DNA from: Octopus vulgaris
Taxonomy: Eukaryota
Assembly: GCA_951406725.2 (NCBI GenBank)
Contig: OX597816.1
Span: forward strand, 100,502,001 to 100,566,000
DNA length: 64,000 nt
Reading direction: 5' to 3'
Shown: in pieces, positions 1 to 14,500 of the stretch
How positions within the stretch are numbered: the stretch's first letter is position 1
Layout: each line of letters opens with the position of its first letter
Made by a program: the position numbers and the translations under genes
Notes under the pieces: generated by a model
Database searches by the model: none
What the model was told of the DNA's origin: nothing
The model's input: the letters and a program-made list of their open reading frames with translations, nothing else

Positions 1-2935
1 ATAGTTTGACTGAGGTCTGGAGAGCCAGCAGCTGCACCAGGCTCCAATCTAATCTGGCAATGTTTCTACAGCTGGATGCACTTCCTAATGCCAACCATTC
101 CAAGAGTGTAATGAGTGTTTTTTACGTGTCACCAGCATAGGGGCCAGTCAAGCAGTCCTGTCATTGATAACATTTGGATAGTGCTTTTTACATGTGACCA
201 GCACGGGAGCCAGTCAGAGGGTACTGGCATCAGACATGTTTGGATGGTGCTTTTTACATGCTACCGGCATGGGAGCCAGTCAGGTGGCACTGGCATCTTC
301 GGATGGTGCTTTTAATGTGCCACCAGCACGGGAGCCAGTCAGGGGACACCAGCATCAACCACATTCAGATGATGCATTTTACATGCCACCAGAACGGGAG
401 CCCGTCAGGGAAACCTGGCCACAGCTGTGATTTTGGTTTTACTTGACTCAACAGGCCTTCTCAAGCATATCGTATCACCCGATACATCAGGGGTACTCTT
501 AAATGGGCCTGACATGCAACTCTGGCATCAGCTATGGTTGCGATCTCACTTTAGTTGCTGGGTCTTTTCAATCACTGCATACCTCCAAAGGTCTCAGTCT
601 CCTGTCATTGCCTCTGTGAGGCCTAATGATCGTAGGTCATGCTCCACCACCTCATCCCATGTCTTCCTGGGTCTACCTCTTCCACAGCTAGGGAGTGGCA
701 CTTCTTCACGCAGCTGTCCTCATCCATACATAACACATGACTATACCAGTGCAACTGTCTCTCTTGCACACCACATTTGATGCTTCTTATGTCCAACTTT
801 TCTCTCAGGGTGCTTGCACTCTGTCGTGTATGTACACTGACATTACACACCCAGCAGATCATATTAGCTTCATTTCTTTCAAACCTACGCATGTCCTCAG
901 CAGTCATGGCTCATGTTTCACTGCTGTATAGCATAGCAGTTTGCACACATACATCATATAGTCTACATTTCTTCCTGAGCAAGGGGCCCTTAGTTGCTAG
1001 CAGAGGTGGAAGCTCCCTGAACTTTGCCCAGGCTGTTCTTATTCTAGCTGCTACACTCTCAGAGCACCCCCACTACTGACTTGGTTGCCTAGATAGTGGA
1101 AGCTACTAACTACTTCTAGTTTTTCCCCATGGCATGTGACGGAATCTGTTTTCAGTATTTATTGCCCCTGTGCATCTATCACACAAACAACTATCTTCCT
1201 GGTTACCCCTCTTTTGATATTGCTGCACCTTTTATGTGCCCCTATCTTACACTTGGTACATTGTATGAAGTTTCTACCCATGCTTTTTCTACAGATTGAG
1301 CAAGGCCATCTACCTGAAAAGGTTTGTGATTTGTCAGCCTTTCTACATACTAAGACTTTGGTTTTTGCTAGGTTAACCCTAAGGGCACTTCAATTCTAGA
1401 CGTTGCTTTCACACCATAAACTTTGTCTCTAGTTCTGGCAGTGACTTGGTTATTGGAGCAAGGTTATCAGCATAGAGGAGCTCCCAAGAGCAGCCTGTCT
1501 TGAATTCCTCTGTTATTACCTGGAAGACTATGATGAATAAGATGGAGCTGATGACTGATCCTTGGTGAACCCCTACTTCTACCCAGAATTCTTCATTATA
1601 CTCATTGCCAACACTCACCTTATTGACAGCATCTCTGTAAAGGGTTTGTATAGCTCTCACCAGCCTCTCGTCTATCTCCAGTTTCCACATTGACCACCAG
1701 ATAAGGGATTGGGGGACCCTGTCAAAGGCTTTCTCCAAGTCAACTAAAGCCACATAGAGAGGTTTATCTTTGGCTAGATATTTCTCTTACAGTTGCCTTA
1801 TCAGAAATATAGCATCAGTGGTGCTTCTGCCTGGCACAAAACCAAACTGCATCTCATCCTGGATAACTCTCTCCCTAATTAGTTGGGCTATGACCCTCTC
1901 TGTAATTTTCATCACCTGATCCAATAATTTGATACCCATATAGTTATTTCTATCTAAAGCATCACCTTTAAATTTGTAGCAGTTGACTATGGTGCTACTA
2001 CACCAGTCATTGGGTATGACTCCTTCAATCTACCTGATTTACAATGTGGGTGACAAGACTATAACCCACACCACCCAATATTTTAAGCATCTCAGCAGTG
2101 ATTCCTGATGAGCTGGGTCCTTTCCTTGCCTTCATATCTTTAATCAATTGGGGGACCAGAGTACTGTTGATTCGTGTAGCTGGTCCCTCAATTGGGTCAA
2201 CCTTTGACACTCTCCTCTGCCCATTCATTCTCCACATTCAGCAGTCTTTCATAATGCCATCTCCAAGCCTCTTTCTTTGCAGAATCATTAAATGCAAGGG
2301 CATCATCATCCATGCAGACACATTTTTCTCCTATGGCATCATGGTTTTCTCTCACTCACTGTCTTGCAATCTGAAATACTTCAGTTCTTTGGTCCTTACA
2401 TCACTGAACATTGGCAAACTTCTTCTTTTCTGATACTCCCTTTACTGTATATATACCTGTCTCTTAGCTTCCCTTCTGGCTATCTGATACATTCTCCTGC
2501 TACTCCCACTCTTCCAGGTCTGTTTCTTTGCTCTAATAGCCCTGTCTACAGTATTGTTCTACTACCACGTTACCCTAAGTCTGTAAGGTACTTTGTGTCA
2601 GTCACAGATTTGGTCTGTGGTGCTCAGCAAGCTGTCTCACAGGAATTCCCAGCTGCCTTCTATGTCACAGAACTGTAGCTCCTCCCTATCATCAAATTTC
2701 TCAGTAAGGATATCCCTAAATCTCTGACCATGTGAAGGGTTCTTAAGCTTCTAAGTCCTTCGTTTCCAGATTGGTCTGCTTATTGGCATCCTTCTGGCTT
2801 TCAGTCTAAAGTCACTAATAACTAGTCTATGTTGGGAGGTACATTCTTCACCAGGGAGGGTCTTCATATTTAAGAGCAACTATGCATCCCACTGTCTGGT
2901 GAGAATGAAATCAATCTGGCTAGCAGAGTTACCTT
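1..2935 (-). mobile_element. RTE-clade LINE, 5'-truncated and decayed (RT region plus 3' UTR)
   Basis: Minus-strand fragments DLEKAFDRVP, GVHQGSVISSILF, ELLYADNL (1409-1753) and REKLDIRSIKCGVQERQLHWYSHV (623-907), broken by stops and frameshifts. The 3' UTR matches the copies at 53.2 kb and 60.4 kb. Confidence 0.93.
113..425. repeat. Decayed ~60-nt tandem array in the RTE 3' UTR (about 5 units)
   Basis: Repeated GGATGGTGCTTTT(T)ACATGCCACCAGCACGGGAGCCAGTCAG motif. Confidence 0.85.
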
Positions 2936-3049
2936 ATTAATATGTTATCAGGTCTGTATGGAGTTTCCATCAGCACTTTCTACATATCGAGCAGGGTCAT
3001 CTCCCTGAAGGGATGAGTGATTTGTCTGTTTTCTTATTTATTATAACTT

Positions 3050-3290
3050 AGGCCTTTGCTAGGTTAACTCTAAGGCCCTTTGATTCCAGACTTTACTGCC
3101 ACACCTGAAATTTCTTTTCTAGTTCGGGTAGTGATTCAGCATTAAGAACAAGGTCATCAGTGTGCAGGAGCTCCCAAGGGCAGCTAGTCTTAAATTTCTC
3201 TGTTATGGTCTGCAGGATGGTGATAAACAAGAGGGGGCTAAGAATTGATCCTTGGTGAACTCTTACTTGTATACTGAATTTATGGCTGAT
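3050..3290 (-). mobile_element. Second RTE RT-domain fragment
   Basis: VHQGSILSPLLFITILQTITEKFKTSCPWELLHTDDLVL, homologous to 1409-1753. Confidence 0.85.
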
Positions 3291-4489
3291 CTGAGATAAA
3301 TAACTACATGGAAGAGTCATTGTAGAAGCTTTGCTTTTCATTAATGCTATTAAAGCTTGTAAATGTTATTGTATCAGGATTTTAGATTTTTCCTATGTAG
3401 AATGTCTTTATATTCAATTTAGATTATCAGTTTATATAATAATTGTATCTAGAATGTTAATTATGGTTATTACATCTCCAACTGGCAGTAAGTATGTGCA
3501 TGTAGTTGCATCTGTGTGTAACAGGCCTGCATGATTTTAACACAATAAACTTAGCAGTCATTGTTATACAGACAAAAAGATTATTTTACTTAATGTTCAT
3601 AAATTTTAAAAGAACACTTTTTACTAAAATCATTTGCGACTTATATCCTGCATTATATGTCAACCATTCACAAATGGATAGCCATATATGTGAAGAAAGA
3701 AAAGCTTGCAGACATTAGTAAACTTCTGAGGGATTTTCTAGAGTGAAAAAAGTTTGTATCAAAAGCTACTCACACAATACATCAATAATTATATTGTATC
3801 AGCTAGTTTTCTCGTCCTATTTGTATCAACTTATTGGTACTTTGTAAAATGTGTCATTTCCACTGAACATGATGTTTCTCCTACTGAGAAGAGAAAAAAA
3901 TTGTCAGAAAAACTCAATAATGATGGAATATCAGATCATGAAAAGCAATATTGGGTTTTGTTCTTTCTTTTTTGTTTATTTGATGTACATTGAGAAAACA
4001 TAAAAATTCTAAGTTGCTAAATGTTAATTAAGTTTCTTCTAAACAGTTTAAAGGAAATAATAATGACTTTTGATTTTATAGCTAGAAAAAAAAGTGATCA
4101 ATAAGCAAAACAAAAATGGTTCAGATACTGAGGAACTGTGGTTGGGCAGTATATTAGTGTAGTTTAATATACTAGGCTCAGCTTTCCTAAATGTTTATCT
4201 CATTTGTGTAACACTGATCAGTGTCTTTCAGATTATTTAATTTCTTTAAGTTTTACATACGAAACCAGAACTGAATAACACATATAAATAAAATTATATT
4301 GAAATAATAAAAGAAATTCTTTGTCAAGATCATAAAAATATCTCAAGAATTTTTCAAATATTATTAGTGCTGACAAGCATAAAGGAGTATAATTGTTGAA
4401 GAGAGGAACTCAATTCCAGAGCAACTTAATATCTGACAACATTAGCCAGTGATGTAGCATAAATACGGAAGCTAATTAGATTAGATGAG

Positions 4490-5685
4490 ATGCAGTTCAA
4501 ATTTATTTGAGGATGAAATACCACTTGAAGCCTTTTTCCTGCTGAGCTAACTACACTGATGATGAAGCTAAATCTATTAAAAATTTAGAGAATAATATTC
4601 AAACATGGATTCAAAGTCTAGAATCAAGAGGGTTCAAAGTAAGCCAAGAAAATGCTGATGTCTTTTCAGAAATGAGGACAAGATTCTACTGCCAAATGGG
4701 ATTGATCATCCTCAGTAAGGAAAAATGGATAGGTTGGAATTCCATATGGTATACCCAATGTAAACTATAGGCAGACAGGAAGAGTAGAGGGATCAACAGC
4801 AGGGTCTATAAGAGGAGAGTTCTAGTGGTAAAGGGTCCAGCAAACCAAGGAGGAACCCATGAATATCTAAAAAACAATCCTCACAGTGTCTCTGAATTTT
4901 CAGAGGACTCCTACTCTTGAGGCTCAAAAACAACCTTATTCTGCTATGCTAAATATCTTTGAGAGGCCCTGATCACAAGATATGAGAGGAGAAAAGACTT
5001 TGTATGTGGTAGATACATTGAACAAGTTGACAGTAAGAGTACCCAGAAAACAGATTCTTTAAAATTCTTAGAAGGCTTCATAGAAATAATCCATAACTTT
5101 TGTTGCTTAGTTCACCTGATTTCTAATGGTGAAGTGAGTGTACTAAAATCATAATAACCAAAATAAAACAGAGTGAGAAATTTATTACTTCTGCTGACAA
5201 AAAAAAAATTACTTTCTCTGTGAATGAAGGATAGATTGTATGATGTGTATGAAGTGTGGTGTTTCATGGTAGTGAAGAAATGGAAGTTGAATGCTGAGTA
5301 TGTGCAAAAGCTGGTAAAAAGTGAAATAAGCATACTCCACTAGATGTACATTGTTATTGGGCATAAGTAAAGAACACAAATGAGCCAAGAGGAAAACTGG
5401 GTCTAAGAGTAATCAAATACTGTGTGCAATTGAGATAACCACACTGATACAAATATATGATGTGTAAGAAGGATGAGAGTTTGGTACAGAAATTCGGAGA
5501 GATCCAAATGGAAGGAACCTGAAGAAGACATGGATAGAAGTGGTAAAAGCAGATCTCAGAATGCTGAACATCATGGCAGAGATGGTATGTGACTGAAACA
5601 AGTATTAGCATCTAGCATAGGAGAAAATTTACCCAATCCAGGCAATTATGGAAATATGGATGCAAAAACGGTGATGATGATGGTA
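4490..5685 (+). mobile_element. Old, highly decayed RTE relic ending in a (GAT)n tail
   Basis: YTDD-like motif near 4552, W..SLESRGFKV, W.EVVKADLRML near 5530, tail AAAACGGTGATGATGATG. Confidence 0.6.
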
Positions 5686-5703
5686 CTTGTATGTTTGTAT
5701 GTG

Positions 5704-5739
<36 letters not shown>

Positions 5740-6599
5740 ATATAGGAAGGGAGGAAGACAGGCACATAGGAAGGTAAAAAGGTCTATATGTTTGTCTTTC
5801 AGTCTTACTTTCTTTTAAAAGACAATATTGGCTACTGTATAGAAATAATTCATTTCAAGTTTAGTCTTTACAAATTCCATGGATTTCTAAAGATTGCCTT
5901 GATATTGATTACAGTTTAAACTGACCTTTAAAGGTCACTGCCTATCAGAGAAAATATAACATAAACTGACCTTTAAAACATATTGTTTAGTAATCATGTT
6001 GCTAGTAATAATGACTTGGATAACAGTTTCAATAAGACAAACTTTCCTTTTGTATAAGATCCTAGTCTATAACAAATTATCTTTCTGCAGAAGATAAACA
6101 GAACCAAATACAGTTGGATAGTGTGGAATTCTTGAAGTATTGTTATATTTGAATATAAAAATTTTTTTTAATGAGTACTGAAATCTACTACAGAGCAGAA
6201 TACAGAGAAAATGCATTTGATATTTTGCTTTCAGTAAGCTGTAGTAATAAAATAAAGGAATTTAATATGAATATTAACAGAAAGCAATAGCAAAACTACC
6301 AAGCTGCAGAAACTCAGAATGCAGTGAAGGATGGATATGTTATTCAAATCAGCTAATGTGACTATCTAAAAGTTCATGTCTCTTCATGTTTTGAGGTATT
6401 AAATGTTTCATGATCACATCTTTAAATACAATTTTCCAGTATTCTTATTGAAATAATTAGCAGGAGTACTGAACCAAGTGGGCATAACATTTTCATTAAA
6501 TGGATCTATGTCATTCATATTGCACATGATTGTAAGGTAATTCTTCCTCTATACAAAGGAAATACTCAATGTACTCTATATCACAAGTGATGCATTTAT

Positions 6600-7528
6600 G
6601 CTGTTATTGAACCCTACTCTCAAATCTTTTCTGGAAAAAATAAAGGAGTACAAAGTCACACCTATGCTTTACTTAGTTCTTCACAGCTACTTTCACTAAT
6701 CTGTTTCATCAAATTGTTGCTGCCAAAAACAGCCCTTCATTTGTTGGACTGAACAGGTGAAAATCTGAGGGATCCAGATTGTACAGTAGATGGGTGACTA
6801 CTAACCTATTTGTTAATTGTTTGATTTGTATGGTTGTGTGTGGTCATGCATTGTCATTGTAAACATGGATTGTTTCTGATTATTGTTCAGTCTCTTCCTC
6901 CTAATAACGTCTCTAAACTTTTTGAGTTTCAATGTACCACTGGCTGTTCACAGAAGTATGACATTCTAGAATACCAAGGAGAATGATCCACCCTCACAAA
7001 GAATCACATTGATTTACTATGCTGATCACTAACTCTTGAACTTCTTAAGCTTTGGAGAAGAGCTGTGACATCATTCCATGGACTGAACCTTCATAATGAT
7101 ATGCCCAAGTTTCATCTTTGGTAAAAAAATGTCTTCAGTTTCAAATCAGTTTCAAATGCTTCCAGCAGATCAGAGCAGACTTCAATCCATCCTTCATTCA
7201 AAGCAAGTATCAACTGTTGTGGTACTCAAAATTTTCCACCATCTTCTGTAATGTGTTATGACCATAGTCCAGATGTACAACAAGCTCATAGACTGTGATT
7301 CATCTGTCCACATGGATTAATTCAACCACTTGTTAGCAGTTCACATCACTAGTGATTTGTCTTCAATATTGTTTTCCACTTCTTTAAACTTCTTCATCTA
7401 TCTGTACACATTGGTTTTATCAATGGTATTATCTCTACATATGACCTGTAGCATTCTATAAAAGTTGGACAGTCTAGTCCTTCCTTCATCAAGAACTCAA
7501 TGACAACTCATTATTTTTTAGAAGCCAT
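6600..7528 (-). mobile_element. mariner-family transposase relic
   Basis: Minus strand: N-terminal VIEFLMKEG...KKFKE..IEDK (HTH-like) from the ATG at 7528, and LDPSDFHLF (mariner DLAPSDFHLF motif) near 6750-6777; many stops. Confidence 0.75.
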
Positions 7529-7711
7529 TATTTACCTTCAATAAACAAGATCAAGAAGGAAAATTACTATAATGGAAGAGTTTCTCCAATACATGCAATT
7601 TAAATTACCTATGTCAGTTAATAAATATGTTATTCTTGTTTTCAAATGGCTTTTGGTACAATCTTTATGAACATCCAGGATGTGATAGCTTGAAAGGGCT
7701 TCTCTAGCACT

Positions 7712-7862
7712 CTGGTTGGTATTCATAACAGCTGAGTGAATTTGAGCAAGATGGAATGAAGTGCCTTGCTCAAGGACAAAATGTGTTACCACCCTGTTCA
7801 AGAATTGAATCCACAATCATATGCACATGAGCCAAACTCCCTAATTATGAAGCTTCTCACTT
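7712..7862 (-). mobile_element. tRNA-SINE head and core fragment
   Basis: Reverse complement has a B-box-like GGATTCAATTC and TGTCCTTGAGCAAGGCACTT...CACTCAGCTG, as in the SINEs at 41.8 and 52.5 kb. Confidence 0.7.
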
Positions 7863-8550
7863 TTACAGAGTGGGGATAATATATCTGATTAAAATTGTTT
7901 AAAGGTGGTGCTCCAGCATCACTACAGTTCAATGACTGAAACCAGTAAAAGAATGAAAGAGTATGCTGCCTTTACTTTATATTTTCAACTGGCAATTAGA
8001 TAATGAAATTACAATTCTGTTGGGTATTTGATTCTGCAGTATCAAAGCTTAGAAGATACTTTATGCTTCTACATATGAAGATATTGGCAAGAGAACTATT
8101 ATTCACGTGTCTCTTGCAGCAGCATATAGTTCCCTATGCCTTAACATAGGCACATACAAATTGCTAGTTCTGTTGATAGACTTAAATTCCTCATAATTTC
8201 TACAAGTAGCTTGTAAATGCATCTACCAAAACTGAAGAAAGTATTCACAATTAAGGATGAAAGCTGCTGATTTTATTCAATAAATGAAGGCTGGCACAGA
8301 TCATATTGCTAAAATCCTGTGGAGCATCTGAATATGAAAAGCTTGTTAAACAAGTACAAATATGTACAGAGAAACCTCTAAACTAAATGCTTGCTTATTC
8401 TATTTGGTCAATTCTGGATCAAATTTACCTAGTCTATTGAGAACTTAAGCAGTTGTCATGTGTTATTAAAAGCAGAGTTGTTTTGCTGATATATATATAT
8501 ATATAATGCTCTCTATACAATAGAATAGGTACTAAGCAATCAATCAGCAT

Positions 8551-8605
<55 letters not shown>

Positions 8606-10155
8606 TCATTCATGATGCACATGTGTTGAATGTATCAATCTTATGCCTACAATCCTTAATCCATGTGGTGCTTTATATTGTCTGTGATATTGCCCTTAAT
8701 TTAAATTTACAGTAAATGCTGGCTTTTTGTGTTCTGACAGTAACACCTGCAACAATCCTAGTTCAGTCTTTGTCCTTGGACAACAATGGTTATGGAGAAG
8801 GGAAACTTGCCCAATCCTGTGCTTTGGAAAGAAAGTTTCCAGCTGTTGATCCATAGTCTCACAAGACATACAGAGGCCCTGGTTATATTCTTTTGGTATT
8901 TTTACTAATCCAGTACTTTAGCCATTAGTTCATGGATTCATACATTATCATAGTTTAATTACTCATATTACTTGGGAATATTTTGTAAACCAAAAATTTA
9001 TAAGAGATGGACTACCTGGATATATTTCACTGCAAGAACATTTCCCCCACTTGCCTCAGTTATTTAAACTTAATAAAATAGTCTTATCTATGATGATAAC
9101 ACATACACATAAACATATGTACTCTCATGATAGTATTGATATATTCATTTAATAATGTAAAAATATGTGATACTGTGTATGTCTACTTTATACATCATAT
9201 AAACATAGATATGAATGTAAAGTTTTGTAAGGAGTATTTGCATTTCCACTGTATATTCTGTATATTGTTATTCAATAACCTTTTACATTTTTTTCATAGT
9301 ATTCAGTAAAGAGCTTCATATGTTTATAATAAAAAAAAGATTGTGTCTCTATAAACACATATATATTAATATAGACTAATGTATCTTTAAACTCTTGACT
9401 TGATACACACATTTTCGAATATGCTATTTTTTCTGTAACTGCATGTATATTTAATGTGCACCTTTAGCACATAGTCTGTCAGAGATAATGGCATTGATCT
9501 ATGATGATTGATATATAAGAATATTTCTATATCAATAGAGAGGTTTTTTTTTGTTCTTTTTTTTTTTTTTTTGAAAAAGAAAATAGAAAATCTATTTTAT
9601 TCCCCAGCTGACACATTAGCGCCTACTCTTTTTTTCTCTTCTTTTCCTTTCTGTGTGAGTTTAATCAAAATAGTGTTTAGCAAGTCACAGACTTTGATTA
9701 TTGGTAGAGAGACCTTGCCAGTTTGGGCTTTCAACATTATGTGAAAGATACGTCAAAGTGTCTATTTTAATATCAGCAGATCACAACTTAATAGCATTGC
9801 TAATGGCAGAGCAGATAGAGGTACAAAAGCTTAGAATTACCATTAGTGTTTTCAAATATTCATACTACTGCACCCATCACAACCATGGTTAAAATATAGA
9901 ACAGCAATTTCAGTGGCAGTAATAAAAACAACCAGTCTATGTCTTGCTTATTCTACTAGAAATAGTAGCCAAATCATCTTCAAATTATAGCCTACTATCA
10001 TTATGACACATTAAATAATGTAGTGGTAGATACCTGTAAAAAAATATGGTCATGGCTTGAATACTTTTCATCATAAGTCTGCTTGATAAAGAACTAAAGA
10101 ACAATAATCACCTCATTATTCACTATAATGTATTTGTCCATCTTTCTTTAATATT

Positions 10156-10572
10156 GGTTTTTAATTTTGACACAAGGCTAGCAATTTTCGAGGAGGGCTA
10201 AGTCAATTGCATCATCCCAGTGTTCAACTGGTACTTTTTTGTTAATCCCAAAAGAATAAAAAGCAGACTCGACCTTGGTGAAATTTGAACTCAGATCGTG
10301 AAAGCAGATGAAATACTGCTAAGCACTTCACCTGGCATGCTAACAATTCTGCCAACTCATCACCTTTGGTTTCAAGTTTTGGCACAAGGCCAGCAATTTT
10401 AGGGGAGGAGTATGTCAATTACATTGACCCTATTTATTGACTTATTTTATCAACCCCAAAAGGATGAAAGGTAAAGTTAACTTCTGCAGAATTTGAACTC
10501 AGAATATAGACGGATGAAATACTATTAAACATTCTGCCTGGCATACTAACGATTTTGCCAGCTCACTACCTT
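10156..10572 (-). mobile_element. Two head-to-tail copies of a ~210-bp SINE (MetaSINE-like central domain)
   Basis: Two units starting GGTTT..TTTTGGCACAAGGCCAGCAATTTT. The reverse complement has GAGTTCAAAT and CCTTTCATCCTTTTGGGGTTGATAAAATAAGT. Homologous to 25557 and 38308. Confidence 0.8.
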
Positions 10573-11174
10573 TAATTTTTCTTTACTATTGACTATTGTA
10601 GTGTATTTTGTCAGATTATTTGAGAGGTTTGGTTTTATTAATTCATACCCAATTTTTATTAACTTAAATAACAACTAACTTGCATTGTTATATATTGTTA
10701 TACACATAAACACTTTTGAATGTTTTTGTAAGAAACTTACATCCTAAGTTACCTGCTTTATCCACTTCTCTCTTCTGGATTTGCTTGAAAATTATAATAT
10801 AGAGCTAAACAACAACTCACTTAAAACTACCTATTATTTAGCACTTTTCAACACTTATTCTATGCTGCTCTCACTAAGCCCTTTAAAAAGCATTCTTAAT
10901 GATTACTCATTATGGAACTCTCTTATAACTGCTTTCCAATCAAATTATGAAAACTTGCCTTCAGTCTGTATTAATTAACCATCTTATCAGTTTGACAGAT
11001 GTAATGATATTATACAAACTGTTAATTCTCAGATGCAGTATTTGTATTTGTATGTGACAGAGGAAGTAGCTCAACATAGGGCAGCTGGTTATTTTATTGT
11101 ATCCCTCAGTAAAATTTTGTTTATCAAACTAAGAGTTTTTAGAAGATGTGTTCAAGGATATGTTAAAGAAGGAG

Positions 11175-11520
11175 TAGCTGTATGTATGTGTATAGGTATA
11201 AGAAGGTCTAAATAGTTAACCTGTTCATTTGGCAACTATGAGATTCTGGGTTCTATCCCGCATGAGCATAACTTTTACATAGCCATGAATTAAGCCAAGC
11301 CTAGTGAGTAAAACTGGGTAGACAGAAACTGCGTAGAATCCCATCAGACAGATTCTACATGTAATTGAAAGGTTTAACCTCATCACATATTGTGACAAAT
11401 TCTAATTCTGCTTGAGAATTACATATGGGTATCAGTGTTTGTAGAATTCTCCTCTACGTACACTATAAACCAATGAGTCAGTAGTTCAGTTCATCAATAT
11501 ATTGTCAAAACTGACATATA
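11175..11520 (+). mobile_element. Decayed composite SINE
   Basis: GGGTTCTATCCC B-box-like, GGTAGACAGAAACTG core; 3' part similar to the 41.95-42.1 kb SINE tail. Confidence 0.5.
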
Positions 11521-12689
11521 CTTTTTCATGTGTGTGTGTGTGTGATATGGGCATCATCTACAACTGTATCAGAAACATTCATATCCAAAGTTAACTAACA
11601 CATTGCAAAAAGCTAGTGGCTGTTTAAGCCTCTAATTATTTCAAAGGTGCAAGTTTAATTTTTAAAGTTTTCTATTTCTCTACAAGAAATCCAGAAGAAT
11701 TTCAAAAGACTACAGATATAGCTCTTTCTCCACAGACTTTATCAAATATTAAGATTAAATTTTTCTGATATGTGTGTAGTCACTGTATGATATAATGACA
11801 ACAATTGAAGTTTGTAACAACTCATTAACTTAATTTAAAGTGAAATGTATAATGTATTTTTTTATGCTACTCAAAGGTGTAGCATAGCTGTTGATACAGA
11901 AGATCTGTAACAAAATAGGTTGAAAATGACTCATTGGATATACAATGTTAACTCTCATAAAAAACAAAATAAAAAGAATCTGGGAGAGTGGCTGAACATC
12001 AGAAATATTTGTAAATATGTACAGAAGAGAATATGTATGAGAAAAAGAATGCTAATTATTGTTATGTGCTGATAGTGGCAAAGACAAATGAAAGTTATCA
12101 AGATTATTGAAGTTTTGAGGTAAAAATAGCATTGGATTGAGAAGTATCATTATTTTTCTTATATATTTTTTCTATGTCAGCATTGAAAGATGATGACAAC
12201 AACGATGATGATGATGATAGATGGGTGAATGGATAGTTTAAAAGAGCTAGAAAGATGTTCACCCATTTCTATGAATATTTGTGTTCATTTTTAAAGTAAA
12301 AGATATGTTATTTTCTTGACAGAGTATTATTAGTGTGTAGTGAATGACTAAATATCCACTAAAATTGATGTTGTTGTGTTGCCCTTGATCAGACTGATCA
12401 AGTAAAACTATAGAAAGCTAGATAGTCAGCGAAATGACTATTTGTGTTCTAGAGAACTTTAGATGGATGGTGGCTAGCATGGTGAAACCATATAAAATGA
12501 CTCTGTTCAGAAGGCTGGATTAATACATATAATGTGCCATTTGGAAAAGAGAGAGACACAACCGAGTAGAAAGTTTGAGAGATGATTTATTGATAGGCTA
12601 ACTTGTGTCTGTGTGTGTGTCATGTATACAGAATAATAGACAGGCCATCATGAGAACAAAGTGTATGTGTGTATAGACATGAATGTATG

Positions 12690-13620
12690 TGTGTGCTACA
12701 TATAAGAAAATCAATGAAGGAGAAAGTCAAGGAGTCTATAATGAGAAGTTAGACAAATGTTCATAGACACAAGAATGAGAAATACCAGTTCGTAGTTAAT
12801 TGTACACGGTAATAGAAATACTGTATCAAGAAGTTGTGGAGATGATGCAGAGCCTGAGCTATGGTACTTGTCATATGAAGTTGTGGCTGAAATGCTGCTG
12901 CCTGGGTCACTTGTTACAGGAGTTCTCACAGGTTGTATTTGCTGTTAACCATGGTGAAGTAATTCCCGAACAATGCTATGTTAGAACCTGTGCAGTGTTG
13001 CTGATTGAGCTGTATATATATAGAGAGATATTGTTGACATCGTTAAGAAGAAGATAATAGCAATGTAGAAAGAGATTCTGGTAATGCTGTTGGATGGGTG
13101 TTGTTGTCTGGCTCAGGTTGTATCTTTGCTGTTGAACTATGGTGAAGTAATTCACAAACAGTGCTGTGTTGAAACCTGGACGTTTTGCAGTTGGACAGGT
13201 GCTGTCATCTGGTGTTGTCACTGGAACTGGCTGTGTCTTGTGTGGTCAGTGGCTAGACTTTAAAAGGTCTGGAACCAAAGACCTTGAGATGAGGAGAAGG
13301 TATTTTTTTATAATGAACAGTAGGTTCAATCGGGTTGAGAAAAGGCTGTCTCATGTGATCTTATTTAGGGGCTCCGATTGGTTATATGCTGCATATTGGT
13401 GTGACGGAGTAAGAGACAAATTGCACCAATACCAACCAATCAGAGTAGTGGACACAACGGGGTCCAAATAGCGACCAAAGGCTAGCTGTTATCTGTTATG
13501 TTTGAATGCTTGTATATATAATAAAGGGGAGAAGAATTTCACTCAAGTGTATGCTACAGAACCATAACTCTGGATATGCCATGTTAGCAATTAGTTGAAG
13601 GCCATATTAAACAGTCTAAC
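12690..13620 (-). mobile_element. Unclassified decayed element, possibly a PLE remnant
   Basis: Higher GC than the flanks; weak minus-strand CII..., VY.LT and HSCVYEHL (GIY-YIG-like); internal ~55-bp duplication. Confidence 0.3.
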
Positions 13621-14424
13621 AAACAGTAATTGTATCTGGACATGTACTTTCTTCACTTGATAAAATTTAAATTTGTGTATATGTGAATATAAATACAAGC
13701 AAACAAATATATGTTTGTATGTATTCATTTTGCTGAACAAATAATATAAGGAGGTATTAGTGAAAACTCACTGCAATGAAGCACTAATATATGTGTTATT
13801 TACACATACGTGATGAGTTGTTAGAAAATATGAATGACTTAAGGTTACCTAATCATGAATGTCACCACCACCATCATTTTATGTTCATTATATGATGACA
13901 CTAATAATATATTTGTGTCTTTATTAGCATGCATACATATGGTAATAAGTCTGTATTCAACAAATGTGTATTGATTTCTCAGTTCAGGAATTGAAAAGTT
14001 TTACACCAAATATGATATACTGTCCAAACACTTCATGTTCAGTTTCGTAGAGCTATGAAATCTATGCCAGTGAAAGGGCAAAAGGTACAAAAATCCTTTC
14101 AAAACGTTATAAAGAAAACTTGTATTGTTGTCCTCTTAAGCCAAGGTTCATTCAGTGAAGAAACTAATCAATTTGTCAGCTGTAAACAAATGTACTGAGA
14201 AATATGAAAAGTAAGAATGTATCTGGATATCTACTGTTATATGCTTGTTTTCTTTTGTGAAGAACACATGTATACACATTCACTCACATTACATGCACAC
14301 ACACACACACACAAATACATGCATCTATGTGTACAGGATGTCAAATACACAAACAAGGGAAATACATAAACAAGAAGAAAAAATTGAAAACAAGACAAGT
14401 AAACACAGAGAAAGAACCTTTCAT

Positions 14425-14500
14425 CAGTTGTCGGCTGCCTATCTGCTCCTCATTTCGAGCATTCAACAACAATATGTGTCTTCAAAGACAGCTGTTCCCA
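14425..14500 (-). ncRNA. Degenerate hammerhead-ribozyme-like motif
   Basis: Minus strand GCTGTCT-TTGAAGA-(stem II)-GAAA-...-TA-GGCAGC; the stem I arms are complementary, core position C3 is changed. Confidence 0.35.

Noticed and set aside
8030-8900. Minus-strand terminal exon (LGKFDPELTK*) and an upstream ORF
   Set aside because: Too short, no recognisable homology and no consistent upstream exon
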